The notes under the pieces: generated by a model
Databases searched by the model: none
What the model was told of the DNA's origin: nothing
The model's input: only the letters and a program-made list of their open reading frames with translations
Part shown: positions 57,152-64,000 of the stretch, in pieces
Layout of the letters: each line of letters starts with the position of its first letter
Numbering within the stretch: position 1 is the first letter of the stretch
Made by a program: the position numbers and the translations under genes
NCBI GenBank assembly: GCA_021774625.1
Contig: JAJFIV010000030.1
Span: 493 to 64,492, forward strand
Length of the DNA stretch: 64,000 bases
Direction of reading: 5' to 3'
Origin: Alphaproteobacteria bacterium
GTDB lineage: Bacteria > Pseudomonadota > Alphaproteobacteria > Sphingomonadales > JAKSBY01

Positions 57152-58405
57152 ATGCCCGCTGGTTATGAACGCTTGATCGCCGCCCTGGATATTGGAACGA
57201 CAAAAGTCTGCTGTCTTATTGCGCGGATGGACCGTGAACGGGATATCCATGTTCTGGGGATGGGACACCGGGTGTCGCGCGGCATTCGGTCAGGCGCGAT
57301 TGTTAATATGGAGGATGTCGAGAATTCCATCCGCGCGGCTGTCGATCAGGCGGAAAAAATCGCCGATGAGACCATCACCGAAGTCTATGTCAATCTTTCG
57401 GCGGGGTCACCGCTTTCCAGGATTGTTGAACTGGAAGTCGCCATTGACGGCCATGAAGTGCGGCAGGCCGATATCAACCGCGTTCTCAAGGAAGCCGGCG
57501 CGCAGATCACCGTGGATGAGCGCGAAATCATTCATGCCTTTCCGGCCTGTTACGCCATCGACGGAGTATTTGGAGTCAAATACCCCATTGGCATGTTTGG
57601 TGAAAAGTTGGCGGTTGCTGTTCACACCATTACGGCCCGGCCGGGTCCGCTCAGAAACTTGCTGACCAGTGTCCGGAAAAGCCACCTTCATCCGGTCAGG
57701 GCGGTGATTTCGCCCTATGCGGCCGGTATGGCGACACTGGTGGAGGATGAACTTGAACTGGGCGCCGCCTGCGTGGATATGGGCGGTGGCACCACAAGTG
57801 TTTCGGTGTTCGCGCAAAAGGCGCTCGTTTATCAGAGCATCATTCCTCAGGGCGGCCATGACATCACGGAAGATATCGCGCGTGAACTGGCAACCCCCAC
57901 CAATCAGGCGGAGCGGCTCAAGACATTATTCGGCAACGCTTTCGCCACGGCAGAGCAGGACCGCGAGCAGATCAATGTGCCGCCCATGGGGGAAGGCGAA
58001 CTGGATGTGGACCATTATAACAGCGTTCCCCGCTCACACCTTGCGGGCATTATTCAGCCCCGACTCGAAGAAATACTTTTGCAGGTCCGGGACCGGCTCG
58101 GCGAAAGCGGCTTTGACCGGGTGTCGGGCCGTTGCATCGTCCTGACCGGCGGCGCATCGCAGCTCCCCGGACTGCGGGATCTTGCCCAGACCATCCTCGG
58201 CAAGCAGGTCCGGATCGGCCGTCCGCGCGGCGTATCGGGATTGGCGGATGCCGCCATGTCGCCGGCCTTTGCCGCGACAGTGGGTTTGCTTCACTACGCC
58301 GCAAAAGCCCCTGCCGAAATGGGAGAAAGCCAGTCGCGTGAAGAACCGGTCTGGCCCGAGAACAAGATGGCCCGCATCGGCCGCTGGTTCAGTTTGAATT
58401 TTTAA
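57152..58405 (+). CDS. ftsA: cell division protein FtsA
   Basis: Actin-like fold: ALDIGTTKVCCLIAR.., VDMGGGTTSVSVF. RBS AAGGAGG. Confidence 0.95.
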   Translation: MPAGYERLIAALDIGTTKVCCLIARMDRERDIHVLGMGHRVSRGIRSGAIVNMEDVENSIRAAVDQAEKIADETITEVYVNLSAGSPLSRIVELEVAIDGHEVRQADINRVLKEAGAQITVDEREIIHAFPACYAIDGVFGVKYPIGMFGEKLAVAVHTITARPGPLRNLLTSVRKSHLHPVRAVISPYAAGMATLVEDELELGAACVDMGGGTTSVSVFAQKALVYQSIIPQGGHDITEDIARELATPTNQAERLKTLFGNAFATAEQDREQINVPPMGEGELDVDHYNSVPRSHLAGIIQPRLEEILLQVRDRLGESGFDRVSGRCIVLTGGASQLPGLRDLAQTILGKQVRIGRPRGVSGLADAAMSPAFAATVGLLHYAAKAPAEMGESQSREEPVWPENKMARIGRWFSLNF

Positions 58406-58484
58406 AGATTCTCAGGAGAAACACTGATGACAATCAGGGACACCATCGTCGAAACCACTCACATATCAGCCAAAGGAGACCAAC

Positions 58485-60182
58485 ATGTCCATTGAACTCG
58501 TGACACCGACACTCACCGAATTGAAGCCCAGAATCAGCGTTTTCGGCGTCGGCGGTGCCGGCGGCAACGCCATCGATAATATGATCCGTTCGGAATTGCA
58601 GGGGGTGGAATTTGTTGCAGCCAATACCGATGCCCAGGCGCTGGCGGCGTCCCTGGCAACCAACCGCATTCAGCTTGGCGTGAAGATCACGCAGGGACTG
58701 GGCGCCGGCGCTCAACCTTCCGTCGGCCAGGCCGCCGCCGAAGAGGCCATCGATCAGATCGAGGAACATCTCAATGGCTGTCATATGGCATTCATCACCG
58801 CCGGCATGGGCGGCGGCACCGGAACCGGTGCGGCGCCGGTGATCGCAAAGCATGCCAAGGAAAAAGGCATCCTGACCGTTGGCGTCGTGACCAAGCCTTT
58901 CCAGTTTGAAGGCGGGCGGCGCATGAATGCGGCGGAAAGCGGGATCGAGGAACTGCAAAAGCATGTGGATACGCTGATCATTATCCCAAACCAGAATCTG
59001 TTCCTGATCGCCAATGAAAGGACGACTTTCGCCGAGGCCTTTGCCATGGCCGATGAAGTTCTGCATTCCGGCGTGCGCGGCATCACCGATCTGATGATCA
59101 TGCCGGGCCTGATCAATCTGGATTTTGCCGATATCCGCACGGTGATGAATGAAATGGGCAAGGCCATGATGGGAACCGGTGAATCGACAGGCGACGGGCG
59201 TGCCATTGAGGCGGCTCAGGCAGCGATCTCCAACCCCCTGCTGGACGAGGTTTCAATGAAAGGCGCCAAGGGCGTTATTATCAATATTACAGGCGGTTTG
59301 GATCTCACCCTGTTTGAAGTGGATGAGGCCGCCAATCACATCCGGTCACAGGTCGATCCGGAAGCCAATATCATAGTCGGTTCAGCCTTTAATGAGGAAC
59401 TGAACGGCCTGATGCGGGTTTCCGTCGTTGCCACCGGTATCGAAGCCGTGGCGAACCGTGGCGACATTGACGCAAATATCATACGCGCTGCGGCGATGCA
59501 GGCTGCGGGAAATTCCCGTCTTGGCTTGCAGGCTCCGAAACCGGTGCTTGAAGTTGTAACGGCCTGCACCGCAGCGGAAGAAGAAGCGGTGGCAATAGAA
59601 CAGGCCGCGCCGGAAATGCCCTGTACCATGAGCGGCGACTCTCAGGATATCTCTGAAAAGCCCGAAATGGATGCAATGGAAGACGAAACGGCGCAGGAAA
59701 AGGCGGCGGTGGAAGAAGCTGCCGAAGCCATGGATGAAGAAGATATTTTCATCGCCCCGGAGCCCATGATGCCGAAATCAGTTACGCCCATGAAGGAAGA
59801 GCCTGACCCCTTTGCCATCGCGGCGCTGGAAAATGGCCGGAGCCATGCCGAAACTGTAACGCCGGATGAAGAGGTTGCTCTGCAGAAGACGCGGAATCAC
59901 ACAAAAAAGGAAGAAGCGCGGAGGACGCCCAGCCTGTTTGAAAGAGTGGCCGGCGGTTTCCGTGGTCATGATAAGGAAGACAAAACTGAAACCAGACCGG
60001 CGCGACCGGCGGCGGTGACCCCAATCCGCCCGGAAGATATCGCGCCGCCCAAACACATGGCGGGCAGGGTGAACGGCATTTCCTTCGGCTCCATTGCCCC
60101 CGGTGACCGCCCGGCGCCGGTGCGCGGCAAACAGGATGACGGGATAGATATACCCTCCTTCCTGAAAGAACAGGTCAATTAA
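58485..60182 (+). CDS. ftsZ: cell division GTPase FtsZ
   Basis: [10 protein letters not shown] and [11 protein letters not shown] tubulin signatures, a long acidic linker, and the conserved C-terminal peptide [11 protein letters not shown]. Confidence 0.97.
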   Translation: MSIELVTPTLTELKPRISVFGVGGAGGNAIDNMIRSELQGVEFVAANTDAQALAASLATNRIQLGVKITQGLGAGAQPSVGQAAAEEAIDQIEEHLNGCHMAFITAGMGGGTGTGAAPVIAKHAKEKGILTVGVVTKPFQFEGGRRMNAAESGIEELQKHVDTLIIIPNQNLFLIANERTTFAEAFAMADEVLHSGVRGITDLMIMPGLINLDFADIRTVMNEMGKAMMGTGESTGDGRAIEAAQAAISNPLLDEVSMKGAKGVIINITGGLDLTLFEVDEAANHIRSQVDPEANIIVGSAFNEELNGLMRVSVVATGIEAVANRGDIDANIIRAAAMQAAGNSRLGLQAPKPVLEVVTACTAAEEEAVAIEQAAPEMPCTMSGDSQDISEKPEMDAMEDETAQEKAAVEEAAEAMDEEDIFIAPEPMMPKSVTPMKEEPDPFAIAALENGRSHAETVTPDEEVALQKTRNHTKKEEARRTPSLFERVAGGFRGHDKEDKTETRPARPAAVTPIRPEDIAPPKHMAGRVNGISFGSIAPGDRPAPVRGKQDDGIDIPSFLKEQVN

Positions 60183-60193
60183 TAGCATTGATG

Positions 60194-60229
60194 AAAAAGC
60201 GGCGCCGGTTGGTATTGGCGCCGCTTTTT
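60194..60229. terminator. bidirectional rho-independent terminator between ftsZ and the convergent XRE gene
   Basis: AAAAA-GCGGCGCC-(10 nt loop)-GGCGCCGC-TTTTT. Confidence 0.8.
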
Positions 60230-60234
60230 GTTGC

Positions 60235-60540
60235 TCAGCCGGCGCGGATGCCTTCGTAAAAATAATCGATATTGACATTGAGGGCCTGGGAAAGGGCAAA
60301 CAGCCGGCCTGCGCTCACCCGGTTCAACCCGGTTTCGTATTTTTGCACCTGCTGGTAGGAGATTTTCAGATGCCGGGCCAGCGCCTGTTGCGTTAGCCCC
60401 AGTTCCTGTCTACGGCTGCGAATTCGATCACTGACGTAATGATCGACTTTTTTTGCCGGTATGGCTCTTTTTTTTACCGGGCGCCGGGTGCTTGTACGCC
60501 GGTTGCTGGCGCGCTGACTGACTCTGGATAACAAGGACAT
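60235..60540 (-). CDS. XRE-family HTH transcriptional regulator
   Basis: ORF 60235-60672. The preferred ATG 60540 lies 8 nt after AGGAG. Basic N-terminus, then HTH_3: IRSRRQELGLTQQALARHLKISYQQVQKYETGLNRVSAGRLFALSQAL. Confidence 0.75.
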   Translation of the reverse strand: MSLLSRVSQRASNRRTSTRRPVKKRAIPAKKVDHYVSDRIRSRRQELGLTQQALARHLKISYQQVQKYETGLNRVSAGRLFALSQALNVNIDYFYEGIRAG

Positions 60541-60748
60541 TGGCAGGCTCCTGATATTTATGTATTTCAAATCCGATACCGTTTCCGGGGTAAAAATAAA
60601 TCGGGGATTGCACCCCCTCCCACTTCCTATGCTATAATCCCCGGGATTCGGATCATTTATGTGATCAAACATGTATTTTAAGTTGTATTACGTTCAATAT
60701 ACAACTATTTGGATTGTTTGAACAGGAAAAAATGAGAGTAAACAGACT

Positions 60749-61606
60749 ATGATGGCTGCCCCTGTCCGTTCTCGAGAAAAACCTTTTTTGACCAAGGGGT
60801 TGTCTCGCGCTCTATTTGTTGTTGGGTTGAGTGTGCTGATTGCGGCCTGCTCGAAGGGTAGAGATGAAGACACCTATATCGCCCGTGATGTAGAAGTGCT
60901 TTATCTTCTGGGTGCGGACCAGCTTGAAAAGGGCCGGGATGAACTCGCGGCGGCCATGTTTGACGAAGTGGAGCGCCAACACCCTTATTCCAGTTGGGCA
61001 AGGCGGGCGCAGTTGATGTCGGCTTATTCCTATTACCGCGCCAACTCCTACGATGATGCAATACTGGCCGCGGAACGATTTCTTTCACTCCATCCCGGCA
61101 ATTCAGACGCGCCTTATGCCTATTATCTGATTGCCCTTAGCCATTATGAGCAGATTGCCGATGTCCAGCGCGATCAAAGGGAAACGGAACAGGCGCTCCG
61201 GGCGTTAACGGAAGTTGTGCGGCGCTTCCCCGCGACCGAATATGCGCGGGATGCCCAGTTGAAACTGGACCTTACGATGGATCATCTCGCCGGGCGGGAC
61301 ATGGCGGTCGGGCGGTTTTATCAAAAACAGAATCAGCATCTGGCCGCGATCGGCCGCTTTCGCAATGTGATCGACAACTATCAGACCACCAATCATACGC
61401 CCGAGGCTCTGCACCGGCTTGTTGAATCCTATCTCGCGCTTGGCGTTTATCCGGAAGCACAGCAGGTTGCGGCGGTTCTGGGGCACAATTTTCCCGGCAG
61501 CAAATGGTACCGCTGGTCCTATAATCTGCTTTTAGACCAGGATCTGGAAGTGCCGGATGATGAGGAAAGCCGGGGCTTCTTTGGCCGGCTTTTTGGTGGC
61601 GGCTGA
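60749..61606 (+). CDS. bamD: outer membrane protein assembly factor BamD (lipoprotein, TPR)
   Basis: Lipobox LIAAC. YRANSYDDAILAAERFLSLHPGNSDAPYAYYL.., RFPATEYARDAQLKL. Confidence 0.9.
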   Translation: MMAAPVRSREKPFLTKGLSRALFVVGLSVLIAACSKGRDEDTYIARDVEVLYLLGADQLEKGRDELAAAMFDEVERQHPYSSWARRAQLMSAYSYYRANSYDDAILAAERFLSLHPGNSDAPYAYYLIALSHYEQIADVQRDQRETEQALRALTEVVRRFPATEYARDAQLKLDLTMDHLAGRDMAVGRFYQKQNQHLAAIGRFRNVIDNYQTTNHTPEALHRLVESYLALGVYPEAQQVAAVLGHNFPGSKWYRWSYNLLLDQDLEVPDDEESRGFFGRLFGGG

Positions 61607-61628
61607 TCACTGTTCCGGGGGCCGCGTG

Positions 61629-64000
<2,372 letters not shown>

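Noticed and set aside
59400-60182. Long acidic, Pro-rich C-terminal half of FtsZ as a possible fusion or frameshift
   Set aside because: Extended disordered linkers ending in the conserved DIPSFL peptide are normal for alphaproteobacterial FtsZ, and the frame is continuous.

Overview
This window is a GC-rich alphaproteobacterial chromosome segment with very little non-coding DNA. I found no rRNA, tRNA, CRISPR array or transposase gene. All calls come from reading the supplied translations and the raw sequence, with family signatures recalled from memory; no searches were run.

Gene content, in order:
(a) pyrC, cut by the 5' edge and recovered by hand, and ygfZ.
(b) An 8.5 kb sugar-modification island at 2418-10955. 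It holds a divergent TPR-glycosyltransferase and a translationally coupled operon: neuA, neuB, neuC, hisF and hisH paralogs, a PP-loop N-acetyl-sugar amidotransferase and a class III aminotransferase.
(c) A DMT transporter.
(d) An about 12.5 kb minus-strand flagellar superoperon at 24430 to 11916: fliF-fliG-fliH-fliN-motA-flbD-flhA-flhF-flhG, then a 674 aa proline-rich protein with a FliK-like C-terminus, then a small QueF-fold protein that has lost the catalytic residues.
(e) sciP, then the hook operon fliK-flgD-flgE behind a near-consensus sigma-54 promoter.
(f) A non-flagellar block: mnmA, an ArsR regulator, a secreted alpha/beta-hydrolase fused to an ABM domain, and a Gly/Tyr/His-rich secreted protein.
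(g) fliI-fliJ.
(h) Housekeeping genes: a cinA-like gene, a cyclase, tlyA, an RNA methyltransferase, a secreted hypothetical and a large zinc metalloprotease.
(i) A 266 bp element with perfect terminal inverted repeats flanked by TA, sitting on the metalloprotease stop codon.
(j) An AT-rich leader and a complete dcw cluster, mraZ-rsmH-ftsL-ftsI-murE-murF-mraY-murD-ftsW-murG-murC-murB-ftsQ-ftsA-ftsZ, with no ddl.
(k) An XRE regulator, bamD, recN, and ligA cut by the 3' edge.

The most interesting items:
- the two uncharacterised genes at the end of the flhF-flhG operon
- the putative flagellin nonulosonic-acid/acetamidino island with its FlmG-like transferase
- the MITE-like element
- the mix of Caulobacter-type (FlbD/SciP) and FlhF/FlhG-type flagellar control
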